From the NCBI GenBank assembly GCA_037445065.1, contig JBBILD010000019.1:11938-75937 (forward strand): a stretch of 64,000 bases of DNA. Reading direction: 5' to 3'. The notes beneath the pieces are model-generated. The model saw only the letters and a program-made list of their open reading frames with translations, ran no database searches and was not told where the DNA came from. This stretch comes from Myxococcales bacterium (lineage in GTDB: Bacteria; Desulfobacterota; Binatia; HRBIN30). Positions 1 through 10,200 of this stretch are shown piece by piece; position 1 is the stretch's first letter, and each line of letters begins with the position of its first letter. The position numbers were made by a program, and so were the translations under genes.

Positions 1-2
1 AA

Positions 3-656
3 GTCTCCCCCGCAGGTGCGCGCGCGGCGGGGAAATACGGGCTAAGCCTCCTCTCCTTAGGGGCTACCACCACGGGTGGGTTCAACGCCTTGGCTTCGAA
101 CTGGGAGATTTGCGAGGAGAAGGCGCGCGAACATGGCCAAGTGGTGCGCAGAGAAAACTGGCGCCTGGTAGGCCCGGTGCACCTTGCGGAAACGCGGGAA
201 AAAGCCCGGGAGAACGTGAAGTTCGGACTGGAGGCCTGGCTGGCGTACTTCCGCGAAGTGGCGGCACTGCCTCTTGCACCTGAGGGGCCCATTGATGACG
301 TGGTAGACGCAATCATCGCCACCGGCTTGGCCGTCATTGGCACGCCCGACGACGCCATCGCACAGATCCGGAGGTTGCAAGACCAGTCGGGCGGTTTCGG
401 TTGCTTCTTGCAAATGGCGCACGAGTGGGCGGATCGAGAGGCGACCCTGAAGAGCTACGAGTTGTTCGCCCGCTACGTGATGCCGCACTTCCAAGGGGCC
501 ATCGAACCGCCGGTTCGCTCGCGGGATTGGGCGGCAGAAAACCGCGCTACGTTTATCGGTGCGGCGATGCAAGCCATTATGGAACAGATCTCGCGTCACC
601 AGCGAGAGCAGGAAGAAAAGAAGCAGGCAGAGCAGGTCCGGAAGACCGGTTCCTAG
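3..656 (+). CDS. LLM-class (luciferase-like) flavin-dependent monooxygenase, 5'-truncated by window edge
   Basis: Frame is open from position 3 (VSPAGARAAGKYGLSLLSLGAT...). C-terminal VIGTPDDAIAQIRRLQDQSGGFG...SYELFARYVMPHFQG is typical of limonene-monooxygenase-like LLM proteins. Confidence 0.8.
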   Translation, partial: VSPAGARAAGKYGLSLLSLGATTTGGFNALASNWEICEEKAREHGQVVRRENWRLVGPVHLAETREKARENVKFGLEAWLAYFREVAALPLAPEGPIDDVVDAIIATGLAVIGTPDDAIAQIRRLQDQSGGFGCFLQMAHEWADREATLKSYELFARYVMPHFQGAIEPPVRSRDWAAENRATFIGAAMQAIMEQISRHQREQEEKKQAEQVRKTGS

Positions 657-712
657 TTGCTGCTGTTTGGCGGCTAGCCTCTGCCTGAGGCCGCGTCTTG
701 GGAGCCTGCTCG

Positions 713-1477
713 TTAGCGGTTGTCGCCGAACTGGGCGATGAGCCGCAAGGAGACTAGAGGGCGGCGGAGATGGGGGGCGAGCAGTCGGGCGACAATCTCG
801 CCCGCTTCGCTGCGCAGCGCTGCCGGCAAGTCTTTTTGTTGTGCCTGTGCGAGAGAAATCCGCTTGAGAGCTTCGAGTCGCTCGAGAGTGGCGCTCTCCA
901 CGGCCACAGCGCTGGCGCTCGTGTGTTCGCGGCATTGGCGACAAAAAGGGGCTGCGAGTTCCGGGTCGAACACCGCGGTCTCGTTCGAGGTAAACGGGCG
1001 CTCGCACCTCTTGCAGGCGTGGAATCGGGGTTCGTAACCGCTGCGGGCGAGGAGCTGAAGTTCGAACGCGCGCAGGAAGGCGGCTGTTGCCGGTCCGGAC
1101 AAAAGACACCCGAGACCACTGTCGAGCAAGGAGAACAGCTCCGGAACCGGTTGGCCTTCTAGACTGAGCTGATCAACCAACTCGAGCAAATAGTGGCCAT
1201 AAGCGAGTTTGTTCGGTTGAGAGAAAGCGGAGGCTGCCTGGCGCAAATCACAGCTCTCCAAGAACACGAGGCTCCGTTGCGGCCGCACCCGGTAGTGAAC
1301 TCGAACGCGACTCAGGGGGTGCAAACAATTAGGAAAGCGGCGGCGCGAATTCTTGGCCCCCTTGGCGATACCGGTAAGCTTCCCCGCTGCATCGGTGAGA
1401 AAGGTGACAATGAGGTCCGACTCGCCATACGGCCGGCTGCGAAGAACAATGGCCTCGTGCGAAAGCGACGGTGTCAC
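713..1477 (-). CDS. recO: DNA repair protein RecO
   Basis: AIVLRSRPYGESDLIVTFLT...IAKGAKNSRRRF OB-fold start; Zn motif CKRC...CRQC; AGAGGAG SD before GTG. Confidence 0.95.
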   Translation of the reverse strand: MTPSLSHEAIVLRSRPYGESDLIVTFLTDAAGKLTGIAKGAKNSRRRFPNCLHPLSRVRVHYRVRPQRSLVFLESCDLRQAASAFSQPNKLAYGHYLLELVDQLSLEGQPVPELFSLLDSGLGCLLSGPATAAFLRAFELQLLARSGYEPRFHACKRCERPFTSNETAVFDPELAAPFCRQCREHTSASAVAVESATLERLEALKRISLAQAQQKDLPAALRSEAGEIVARLLAPHLRRPLVSLRLIAQFGDNR

Positions 1478-1505
1478 CTCCTCTTCCTTAGTGCGCGTCC
1501 TGTGC

Positions 1506-1534
1506 TTGACAAGGGTGGCACGCGGCCTTAGCTT
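1506..1534 (+). promoter_or_regulatory. sigma70-type promoter of grpE-dnaK-dnaJ
   Basis: TTGACA (1506-1511), 17 bp, TAGCTT (1529-1534). Confidence 0.6.
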
Positions 1535-1624
1535 GCGCCGCGCTTTCTCGGCGCGGCCATTGTGGTCGCCGTGGTGGAAAGAGGCAGTGCGACGGGTTGT
1601 GCCCGCCCTCTCGCGGGGCCGCGG

Positions 1625-2269
1625 ATGAGAGACAACACAGAAACCATGACCGATCCATTGGAGAAAGAAAAGCGAGCCAACGGAGTTAGCGAAAACGGGG
1701 ACGACGCCGCACCGCAGTCCGCGCAGTCATCGGCGGACGCCGAACTTGCTGGCTTGCGCGAGCGCATACGGGAACTGGAACTGGAGGTTGAGGAAGCGCG
1801 CAAAGCCTACCTGTACGAGCGCGCGGAGCTGGAAAACTTCAAGAAGAGAATGCAGCGGGAGAGGGCAGAGCTGCTCCGTTACGCCAGTGAACCGTTGATT
1901 CGGGACCTGCTTCCGGTCGTGGACAATCTCGAACGGGCTCTCCAGCATGCCCGTAGTGGTGAGCAATCGATCATCGAGGGCGTCGAACTCACGCTCAAGA
2001 TGTTCCTCGAAGCGCTGAGCCGCCACGGTGTGAGCCGGGTCGAGGCAGCAGGCGAGGTCTTCGACCCTACCCGTCACGAGGCGGTGGCACATGTAGAGTC
2101 GGCCGAGCACGAGGCCAATCGGGTCACCGAGCAGCACCAGGTGGGCTACCTGCTGCACGACCGGCTTTTGCGGCCGGCACTGGTCAGCGTAGGCCGTGGG
2201 CGGGGTGAGACGAGCGGCACGGGACCTGGAGCGGGGCAGCCTGTTGTCAGCAATGGAAACAGTGATTAA
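1625..2269 (+). CDS. grpE: Nucleotide exchange factor GrpE
   Basis: RAELENFKKRMQRE...LLPVVDNLERAL...FDPTRHEAV...GYLLHDRLLRPALVSV; start ATG 1625 or 1646. Confidence 0.96.
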   Translation: MRDNTETMTDPLEKEKRANGVSENGDDAAPQSAQSSADAELAGLRERIRELELEVEEARKAYLYERAELENFKKRMQRERAELLRYASEPLIRDLLPVVDNLERALQHARSGEQSIIEGVELTLKMFLEALSRHGVSRVEAAGEVFDPTRHEAVAHVESAEHEANRVTEQHQVGYLLHDRLLRPALVSVGRGRGETSGTGPGAGQPVVSNGNSD

Positions 2270-2326
2270 CGGCTCGGGGCGATGTGTTCCAAGCGAAACC
2301 GGCCCGTGCGGAGGAGATAAGACACC

Positions 2327-4252
2327 ATGAGCAAAGTGATTGGAATTGACCTGGGAACTACGAATTCTTGCGTCGCGATCATGGAGGGTGGAGAGCCCAA
2401 AGTGATCCCCAACTCGGAAGGGGGGCGAACCACACCCTCGGTGGTCGCGTTTACGGACTCGGGGGAAATCTTGGTAGGGCAAATCGCCTACCGCCAGGCA
2501 ATCACGAATCCGGAAAACACCATTTTCGCAGTCAAGCGGCTGATGGGCCGCAAGTACGACGACCCAGAAGTCCAGAAAGCCATGAAGGTACTGCCCTACA
2601 AGATCGTGCGGGCAGACAACGGCGATGCTTGGGTGGAGGTGCGCGGCAAGCGGTACAGCCCTCCGGAAATTTCCGCCTTCATCTTGCAGAAGATGAAACG
2701 CACGGCCGAAGACTACCTGGGCGAAACCGTTACCGAGGCGGTGATTACCGTTCCGGCGTACTTCAACGATAGCCAGCGGCAGGCGACCAAGGATGCGGGC
2801 CGGATCGCTGGGCTCAACGTCTTGCGCATCATCAATGAGCCGACTGCGGCTTCGTTGGCGTACGGTTTGGACAAGAAAAAGGATGAGAAGATTGCCGTCT
2901 TTGACCTCGGCGGCGGTACCTTTGACATCTCGATCCTGGAGATCGGGGACGGTGTTTTCGAGGTAAAGGCAACCAACGGCGACACGTTCTTGGGTGGGGT
3001 GGACTTCGACCAGCGGATTATCGAGTACTTGGCGGACGAGTTCTTGAAGGACCACGGCATTGACTTGCGCAAAGATCGGATGGCTTTGCAGCGGCTCAAA
3101 GAGGCGGCCGAAAAGGCAAAGTGCGAGCTGTCCGTGTCGATGGAGACGGATATCAACCTGCCTTTCATCACCGCCGATGCATCGGGTCCGAAACACCTGC
3201 ACATGAAACTCACCCGTTCGAAGCTCGAAGCCCTGTGTGCGGATTTGCTCGACCGCCTCGAGGGCCCGTGCCTGCAGGCGCTGAAAGATGCAGGTCTCAG
3301 CGCAAGCGACATTGATGAAGTCATTTTGGTCGGCGGGATGACCCGCATGCCGGCTGTCCAGGCGCGGGTCAAGAAACTCTTCGGGAAAGAACCGCACAAG
3401 GGCGTGAATCCGGACGAAGTGGTCGCGGTCGGAGCGGCAATTCAAGCCGGCGTGCTCAAGGGCGAAGTGAAGGACGTGTTGCTCTTAGACGTGACACCAC
3501 TCTCACTGGGGATCGAAACCCTGGGCGGGGTGTTCACCAAACTGATCGAGCGCAATACCACAATCCCCACCCGCAAGAGCCAGATTTTCTCGACCGCGAC
3601 CGATAACCAGACTGCCGTGACCATTCGCGTCTACCAGGGCGAGCGGGAAATGGCTGCCGACAACAAGTTGCTCGGCCAGTTCGACCTTGTCGGCATTCCC
3701 CCGGCGCCCCGCGGCGTGCCGCAGATCGAGGTCACGTTCGACATTGACGCGAACGGGATCGTGCACGTGACCGCTAAGGACCTAGGCACGGGAAAGGAGC
3801 AATCCATCCGCATTACCGCTTCGAGCGGCCTCACGGAGGAAGAGATCAAGCGGATGATCAAAGAGGCCGAGATGCATGCCGCCGAGGACCGCAAGCGGCG
3901 CGAGACGGCCGAGGTGCGCAACCAGCTCGACGCTCTTGTCTATCAGACCGAGAAGTCGCTCAAGGAGCATGGAGAGAGCCTCGACGCGGGCACGCGCAGC
4001 AACATCGAAGAAGCGCTGGCCGAGGCGAAAAAGGTGCTGGAAGGGAACGATGCGCAAGCGATGCGGCAAGCGAACGAACGTTTGACGCAGGCGGCCCACA
4101 AGCTCGCGGAGGTAGTCTACGCGAAGGCACGCTCGGCCGGGACTGGCAGCGGGGCGGCTGCGGGCGGGGATCGTGGGGCTCAGGGTGCGCAGCCTTCTGG
4201 CGGGCGCGATGATGCGGTGGACGCTGACTTCGAGGAAGTCAAAGGTTCTTGA
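2327..4252 (+). CDS. dnaK: Chaperone DnaK
   Basis: [26 protein letters not shown]-terminal [17 protein letters not shown]. Confidence 0.99.
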   Translation: MSKVIGIDLGTTNSCVAIMEGGEPKVIPNSEGGRTTPSVVAFTDSGEILVGQIAYRQAITNPENTIFAVKRLMGRKYDDPEVQKAMKVLPYKIVRADNGDAWVEVRGKRYSPPEISAFILQKMKRTAEDYLGETVTEAVITVPAYFNDSQRQATKDAGRIAGLNVLRIINEPTAASLAYGLDKKKDEKIAVFDLGGGTFDISILEIGDGVFEVKATNGDTFLGGVDFDQRIIEYLADEFLKDHGIDLRKDRMALQRLKEAAEKAKCELSVSMETDINLPFITADASGPKHLHMKLTRSKLEALCADLLDRLEGPCLQALKDAGLSASDIDEVILVGGMTRMPAVQARVKKLFGKEPHKGVNPDEVVAVGAAIQAGVLKGEVKDVLLLDVTPLSLGIETLGGVFTKLIERNTTIPTRKSQIFSTATDNQTAVTIRVYQGEREMAADNKLLGQFDLVGIPPAPRGVPQIEVTFDIDANGIVHVTAKDLGTGKEQSIRITASSGLTEEEIKRMIKEAEMHAAEDRKRRETAEVRNQLDALVYQTEKSLKEHGESLDAGTRSNIEEALAEAKKVLEGNDAQAMRQANERLTQAAHKLAEVVYAKARSAGTGSGAAAGGDRGAQGAQPSGGRDDAVDADFEEVKGS

Positions 4253-4288
4253 ACGCAACCTCCGTCTTTGGAGTGGAACTTCTGGGCG

Positions 4289-4324
4289 CAAAAGCCCTCT
4301 CTCGACGCTGAGAGAGGGCTTTTG
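4289..4324 (+). terminator. Intrinsic terminator-like hairpin between dnaK and dnaJ
   Basis: CAAAAGCCCTCTCTC-gacgct-GAGAGAGGGCTTTTG, a perfect 15-bp inverted repeat with A/T tails. Confidence 0.8.
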
Positions 4325-4350
4325 TATGTTCGCGCGGAGGTAACGGAGCC

Positions 4351-5466
4351 GTGCCAGGAAAGGGCGATTACTACGAGATCCTGGGGGTGAGCCGTTCGGC
4401 TTCCGAGGAGGAAATCAAGAAGGCGTACCGGAAGCTGGCGCTCAAGTACCACCCGGACCGCAACCCGGGGGACAAGTCCGCGGAGGAAAAATTCAAGGAG
4501 ATTTCCGAGGCGTACCAGGTTTTGAGCGACCCGGAAAAGCGAGCCCAGTACGACCGCTTTGGGCACGCCGCCTTCGAACAGGGCGCTGGCTTTAGCGGCG
4601 GCTTCGATTTCGGCGCCAGTACCTTCGACGACCTGTTCGGCGAAATTTTTGGAGACTTTTTTGGCGGCGGCCGTGGCCGGGGGCGAAGCCGCGCGCGTCG
4701 CGGGGAGGACCTGCGCTATGACCTCGAACTCAGCTTCGAGGAAGCCGTGTTTGGAACGACCAAAACCATCCACGTGCCTCGGGTAGCGACGTGCGAAGCG
4801 TGCCGCGGGCGGGGGACACGGGATGGCGCGGAGCGCGCCACCTGCACTGCCTGCCGGGGCAGCGGGCAGATCCGCTTCCAGCAGGGGTTTTTCACGATCG
4901 CCCGCACCTGTAATCAGTGCGGGGGACAGGGGACCGTGATCCGCGATCCGTGCCGCACGTGCGGCGGGCAGGGCGTGGTCGAAAAGGCGCACGCCTTGCG
5001 CGTGCATGTGCCTGCCGGCGTGGATACCGGCACGCGGCTCAAACTGCGTGGGGAGGGTGGTGCCGGCCGCAACGGTGGTCCTCCAGGAGATTTGTACGTC
5101 GTAATCCAGGTGCAGCCGCATCCTCTGTTTACCCGTCAAGGACAGGACATTTTGTGCGAGGTGCCGGTCACGTTTCCCCAGGCTGCGCTCGGTGCCGAAA
5201 TCGAAGTCCCGACCCTGGAGGGTAAAGTGAAAATGAAAGTTCCCCCCGGCACCCAGTCCGGCACCGTATTTCGGTTGAAAGGGAAGGGCGTGCCTGGCAT
5301 TCAAGGCGGGAAGGGAGACGAACTGGTGCGCGTGATCGTGGAGGTGCCTCGGAAGCTTTCTGCAAAGCAGCGCGAATTGCTGGAAGCGTTTGCCCGTGCG
5401 AGCGGGGAAGAGGTAAACCCGATGTCCAAGAGCTTCTTCGACAAGGTAAAGGAGATGTTCGACTGA
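4351..5466 (+). CDS. dnaJ: Chaperone DnaJ
   Basis: [11 protein letters not shown] motif, G/F region, four CxxCxGxG repeats. Confidence 0.98.
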   Translation: MPGKGDYYEILGVSRSASEEEIKKAYRKLALKYHPDRNPGDKSAEEKFKEISEAYQVLSDPEKRAQYDRFGHAAFEQGAGFSGGFDFGASTFDDLFGEIFGDFFGGGRGRGRSRARRGEDLRYDLELSFEEAVFGTTKTIHVPRVATCEACRGRGTRDGAERATCTACRGSGQIRFQQGFFTIARTCNQCGGQGTVIRDPCRTCGGQGVVEKAHALRVHVPAGVDTGTRLKLRGEGGAGRNGGPPGDLYVVIQVQPHPLFTRQGQDILCEVPVTFPQAALGAEIEVPTLEGKVKMKVPPGTQSGTVFRLKGKGVPGIQGGKGDELVRVIVEVPRKLSAKQRELLEAFARASGEEVNPMSKSFFDKVKEMFD

Positions 5467-7217
5467 TGCGTGGAAGGCGCGGGAGGATTGCAGGGGCGCT
5501 GCTGGTCGGGGGATTTTGTGTGGGGCTTTGGGGTTGTGCAGCGAAGGTTCAGGCGCCGCCGGAACCGCCAGGAACCGTGCGCAAGGCAGAGGAGGCTTTT
5601 CGCTTGCGCGACTATGAGCGCGCGGTGGAGTTGTACCGGACGTACGCGGATTTAGTCCGGCGGGATCCGTACGTTCCGCGGGTGTTGTACAAGGCTGCGC
5701 TGGCGCAGTTCCAGCTTGGGCGGTATGAGGATGCGCTGGCCACATTGCGGGACTTACAGGACCGCTACCCGAATCGGCGTTGGGTGCAGGTGGAAGCATT
5801 GCGCGGCGATGTGGAGGCGGCCCTGCAGCATCCACTAGCGGCCATTCACGCATGGGACAGTGCGTTTGCAGTGGCGCGGCCACCGGACGAGTCCAAACTG
5901 CGGCTGCGTGTTGCCACCGTGGCGGCAAAACTCAGCGAACAGGACCTGCGAGATGCGGCTGCCACAGCAACCGCAAAACCAGTCCAGGAAATCCTCCTCG
6001 CGCAGCTTGCCCAGCGCGAACAGCCGGAGATCCCCGAGCCGTTACCGGAGTTCGCTGGCGCCGAGAGCGAAGGCGAGGCGCTCCCCGAGCTGGGGGTTGA
6101 TGCCGAGCTTGCGGCCGCCGAACCTGTGGAGCCCGAAGCGGTTCCTGAACCAGGGGAAATCGCGGGCCACGAAGTGCTGCCCAAAGACTTCCGCGTCGGA
6201 GCACTGGTATCCGCGGGGGATAAAGCCGACTGGGTGGAAGCCGTACAAATGGTGTTAGGAGACGAGGCAGTCGTGGAACAGCAAGCCCAACCCGGTGAGC
6301 TGAAGGCGAGCTGGGAAACCCTGCTTGCGGATCCTCGGGTGGCCGTGGTGTTTGTGGACGACATTGGCGGGCACGACGCAGAACTCGCGCGGGAAGCCCG
6401 CCGCCGTGCTGTACCGGTGGTCGACCTTGCTGCTCGGGTGGAGGGCGGCCCACAACCATATTGGATTCGGGCCGGAGTCGGCCGTGGCACGGCGCTGTCG
6501 GTGTTGTTGGATTATGCGGTAAATCGAGCGCGGCTGCGCCGCTTCGGGATCGTATACCCCGACACGCTGGACGGGCACCAGTTCTTCCGCCAAGCACAGG
6601 CAGAGTTGGCCAGGCGGGGCGCGGTAGTGGTCGGGGCCGATGCATATGCCTCGGATGCGAAAAGTCTGACTGCCGGCCTCGTGCGTCGCTGGCGGGAGCG
6701 GGAAAACCTGCAAGCGCTATTGCTCTCGGACACGGTGACGGCGGCGGCTACCTTCGCTCGCTTCCTGCAGGCGGAGATGCCGGACATCCCCCTACTGGGA
6801 GTGGAAGACTGGAGTGCCCTTGGCCAGATGGTCCCGCAGGTGAGCGGCGTCTGGTTTGTCGCCCCGGCGCTGTGGAAAGGCCCAGAAGGGCAGCACTGGG
6901 CTGCGGAGTTCGAGAGCCGCACCGGCCGCCGACCCTCAGCACGCGCGGCGTTGGCTTACGAAGCAGCGCTGTGGATCAAGGAACTCATCAGCCGCGGCGG
7001 GGGCGAGGAGCCGCTCACTCGACAACGGCTGTGGCAAGCGATGGCCGAGCCAGGGGTCGTGCGCAGCCCTCTGGGCGAGGTGGAAGTGCGGGAGCAGCGT
7101 TTCGCCCGCAGCCCGGTGGTCGTGCAGTTTACCCGTGGGGAATTAGAAGTCGTGCCGGCCCCGGCTGCTGGGGAAGAGGCGGCCGAGGAGCACACACAAG
7201 TCAGCGCCGCTCCGTAA
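5466..7217 (+). CDS. TPR lipoprotein with C-terminal LppC/LpoA-like (type I periplasmic-binding fold) region
   Basis: Lipobox LWGC; TPR-like helices (AEEAFRLRDYERAVELY, LYKAALAQFQLGRYEDA); acidic linker; RFGIVYPDTLDG...F...G..VVGADAY resembles LppC. Start overlaps dnaJ stop (TGATG). Confidence 0.7.
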   Translation: MRGRRGRIAGALLVGGFCVGLWGCAAKVQAPPEPPGTVRKAEEAFRLRDYERAVELYRTYADLVRRDPYVPRVLYKAALAQFQLGRYEDALATLRDLQDRYPNRRWVQVEALRGDVEAALQHPLAAIHAWDSAFAVARPPDESKLRLRVATVAAKLSEQDLRDAAATATAKPVQEILLAQLAQREQPEIPEPLPEFAGAESEGEALPELGVDAELAAAEPVEPEAVPEPGEIAGHEVLPKDFRVGALVSAGDKADWVEAVQMVLGDEAVVEQQAQPGELKASWETLLADPRVAVVFVDDIGGHDAELAREARRRAVPVVDLAARVEGGPQPYWIRAGVGRGTALSVLLDYAVNRARLRRFGIVYPDTLDGHQFFRQAQAELARRGAVVVGADAYASDAKSLTAGLVRRWRERENLQALLLSDTVTAAATFARFLQAEMPDIPLLGVEDWSALGQMVPQVSGVWFVAPALWKGPEGQHWAAEFESRTGRRPSARAALAYEAALWIKELISRGGGEEPLTRQRLWQAMAEPGVVRSPLGEVEVREQRFARSPVVVQFTRGELEVVPAPAAGEEAAEEHTQVSAAP

Positions 7218-7223
7218 CAGCAC

Positions 7224-10200
7224 CTAACTGGCCTGCGGTTTTGCTCCCGGCATCGCCTCGGTAGCGCTCTCGGCGTCCTCGATCGGCACGCCCAGTTCCG
7301 TGCTAACCGCTTTGAGCAAGGTGGCGGGAGTGAGCGTTCCTTCTCGTGCGGCACGCTGTGCTGTTTGCCGGAACTCGGAGACCTTTTGTGGCGGAGGTAG
7401 GAGGACGGCCAGTGGCAAGCGCGCTGTTTTCTCATCGCTGCGGAGTCGGCTCACCAACCGCAGGCCCTCGGCACGAGGGAGGGACAGATCAACCAGGACG
7501 ACGTCCGGTTGGATCAGTGGCAGGAGATCGAGAACTTGCCGCAAATCGAGCGCGACGGACGTCGAGCAACGCACCCGGTTCAGTTCTGTGCGCAACTGGC
7601 TGGTCATCTCGATGTCGTTGCTCGCCACCAAGACCTTGTGCACCGCTCCCAGGTTTCCCATGAGCCAAGCGGCACAGGTGCTCGGTTCCAGGGGAGCGGG
7701 AAAGAACGTTGCGGGCCCGAAGAAAAAGCCGAATTTCCCTTCGGCACAATAGGCGAAAACGTGACGCGTCGGGTCGTCCGCACTGGCGTGGGTAATCGCG
7801 GCAATCGGGTCATGGGCCCGGTTCAATAAGTTCACGACCAGCACCAGCGGCGCGACCCTGTCGAGCTGCTGGACGTCAAGCGTATTCCAGTAGCGGCTGT
7901 TGGGGATGGATTTCGCCAGTCGCTGGATGGCCTCGCGGTATTCTCTGCTCTCCTCCAAATGTACGATGGTGGCTCCGTCGAGAACCAGAGCCGGCTTGGC
8001 CTTGGCGGGCGCGGGAACGCTACTGTCCGCAAATCGCAGCTGCACCACTGGCTTCGTTTCCCGTTCCGGTGATTCCTTGGTAGCGGCTTTGCTTCGGCTC
8101 GACCCGACCGTGCGTCTGAGTTCGTCGAGCTGGCTACTCAGGGCGTTGCGTTCGTCGCGCTCTTGGTCGAGTTTGAGTTGGAGTTCCTCGTACATTTGCT
8201 GCATGGCGGTCAGCTCCGCGCGCAACTGTTGGATCTCCGCCTCTTTCTGCTGCAGTGCCTCGGCGCGTTGGTTCAGCTCCAACATGTAGTTGGCGACCAC
8301 GGCTGAGTGATTTTGCGTGGCTTCGGCACGCAGCCGCTCTAACTCCTCCACGCGCGCTTCCAGGCGTGCGATTTCTGCCTTGTGCCGGCGCAGCTCTTCG
8401 GGCGATAGCCTTTCCCGCCGCAACCGATCGCACTCCCGCTCGAGCTGGGTGCTCAGCGTCTCGAGTTCCGCGACCCGCAGGGCAAGGGAGCTACGCTCGG
8501 CGGCCAGTTCCTCAATCCGGGCGTTCAGCCCCGCCTGCGCTTGGAGGGCAGCTACCCGCTGTTCTTCCCGTTCCTGCCCGAGCTGCCGGATCACTGCCGA
8601 GAGTTTTTCTACTTGCGCGCGCAGTTCCGTGCGCTCCCGCTCGAGTTCCACCAGATCGAACGAGGCGGCGGGTCCCCTTCTTTCCTTTGCTCGAGCGACC
8701 TCTTGCTGAAGTTGGGTGACCTGGGCGGTGAGCTGTGCCTGCTGTGCGCGCGCGGCCTCGAGTGCGTCGCGCAGGGAGGTTCGTTCCGAATCGAGCTGCT
8801 GGCGCACCGCCGCGAACTCGCGCTGCTGGTGGAGCAAGAGCGCTTGCAGTTGCTCGGCCTTGCGCGCCGCCTCCGTGCCTGCGCGCACTGCCTGTTCCCG
8901 CTCTTGCAGCAAGCGATCGAGCTGCAACTCGAGTTCTTGTTGCGCGCGGCGGAGGGCGTCATTCTCGTTTGCGAGCACCTCTTGGCCTTGTAAGATGCTG
9001 ACGGCTTGTTCCTGCAGCGCTTCCCATTGGCGTTTCGCTTCGGCGGCAATTTCTTCCGCCGCACCGCGCGCCTCACGCTCGCGTTGCACCTGTTCCCGCA
9101 CTTGTGTGACTTCGAAGCGCAAGTGTCCGACTTCTTCCTCCCGGGAAGCTAGGCGTGCTTCGAGTTCGCGCTCCCTCTCAGCGTACTCGGCGATGCGCAA
9201 GGCCAGCTCTTGGCTGGTGTCTTGGGCTCGAGCCAGTTCTTCTTCCAAGGCGGCAATTCGCTGTTGGAACTGAGCAGTTGCCGAACCGATGGTTTCACAA
9301 AGGCTGGCATACTCTTCCTGCAAAGAGGAAAGTCTGTTCGATACCTCTAGGAACTCTGCCTGCAGCGCCTGCTGCCTTTCCTCGGCAGCGAGGCGCGCTT
9401 GCTGGCTGGCTTCTAGAGATTCGCGCAGCTCGAGCAGATCCCTGTCGCGTTGGGCGAGGGTGCCCTGGAGAGACTCTATGGTTGCGGCGGCGCGGTCCCG
9501 GTGTGCGAAAAGCTCCGCTTCGAGCGAGTGCAGTCGCTCGCGGGCCTCAGCTGCAGCGGCTGCCTCTCGGGTGAGGGATTGCTGGAACGAATCTCGCTCG
9601 GCCTGGAGCGTCTCCATTGCGCGGGCGAGTTCCGAACAAGCCTCCCACAACTGACCGAGAGCGCGAACTTGCTCGGCGAGGCGGCCAGCGAGGCCCACGC
9701 GTTCACACTCGCGCCAGCGGATCGCGTCCTCGTAGGCCGTTCGCTGCGCCTCGAGCCAGTGCTGCGCATCGCGGAGCTGCGCTTCGAGCTGCTCGCGGGC
9801 AGCGGCAGCTTGCGCCGCATGAAGGCCCTGGACGTGGAGCAAAACCGTACTTTGTTCCAGCCGCCGCCTGCTCTCGGCAAGCAAAGCCTGCAGGTGTAGG
9901 CAGGAACGTTCGAGGTGGCCGCGCTCGTCCAGTAGGCTTAAGACCTGCTCGTTGTGGCGGAGCAGTTGGTCCGAGTACGCGCGGCTCGCTAGAGCCAGTT
10001 CGGCGCGTGCCGAGGCCAGGAGGGTGCGTGCGGATTCGAGCTGCGCGCGCGCTTGCTGTGCCGCTTGGCGGTGCGCCTCAGAATCATGCCGCAGTTGCTC
10101 GAGCGCTTCTTCTAGCTCGGAGCGACTCCGGGAAACCTCGGCGAGTGCGGCCTCGAGGTCGGCGGTCCGGCGTGCCGCGGAGGCAAGGGATTCATCACGC

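Noticed and set aside
1478..1625. Possible CIRCE or RNA thermometer before grpE
   Set aside because: No CIRCE consensus; only a short GC hairpin (about 1537-1557) that does not cover an SD.
1727..3445. 572-aa ORF antisense to grpE/dnaK
   Set aside because: Well-known antisense shadow of dnaK (often mislabelled NAD-glutamate dehydrogenase); explained by codon bias.
4180..5928. 582-aa ORF antisense to dnaJ
   Set aside because: Fully overlaps confident genes; no recognisable motifs.
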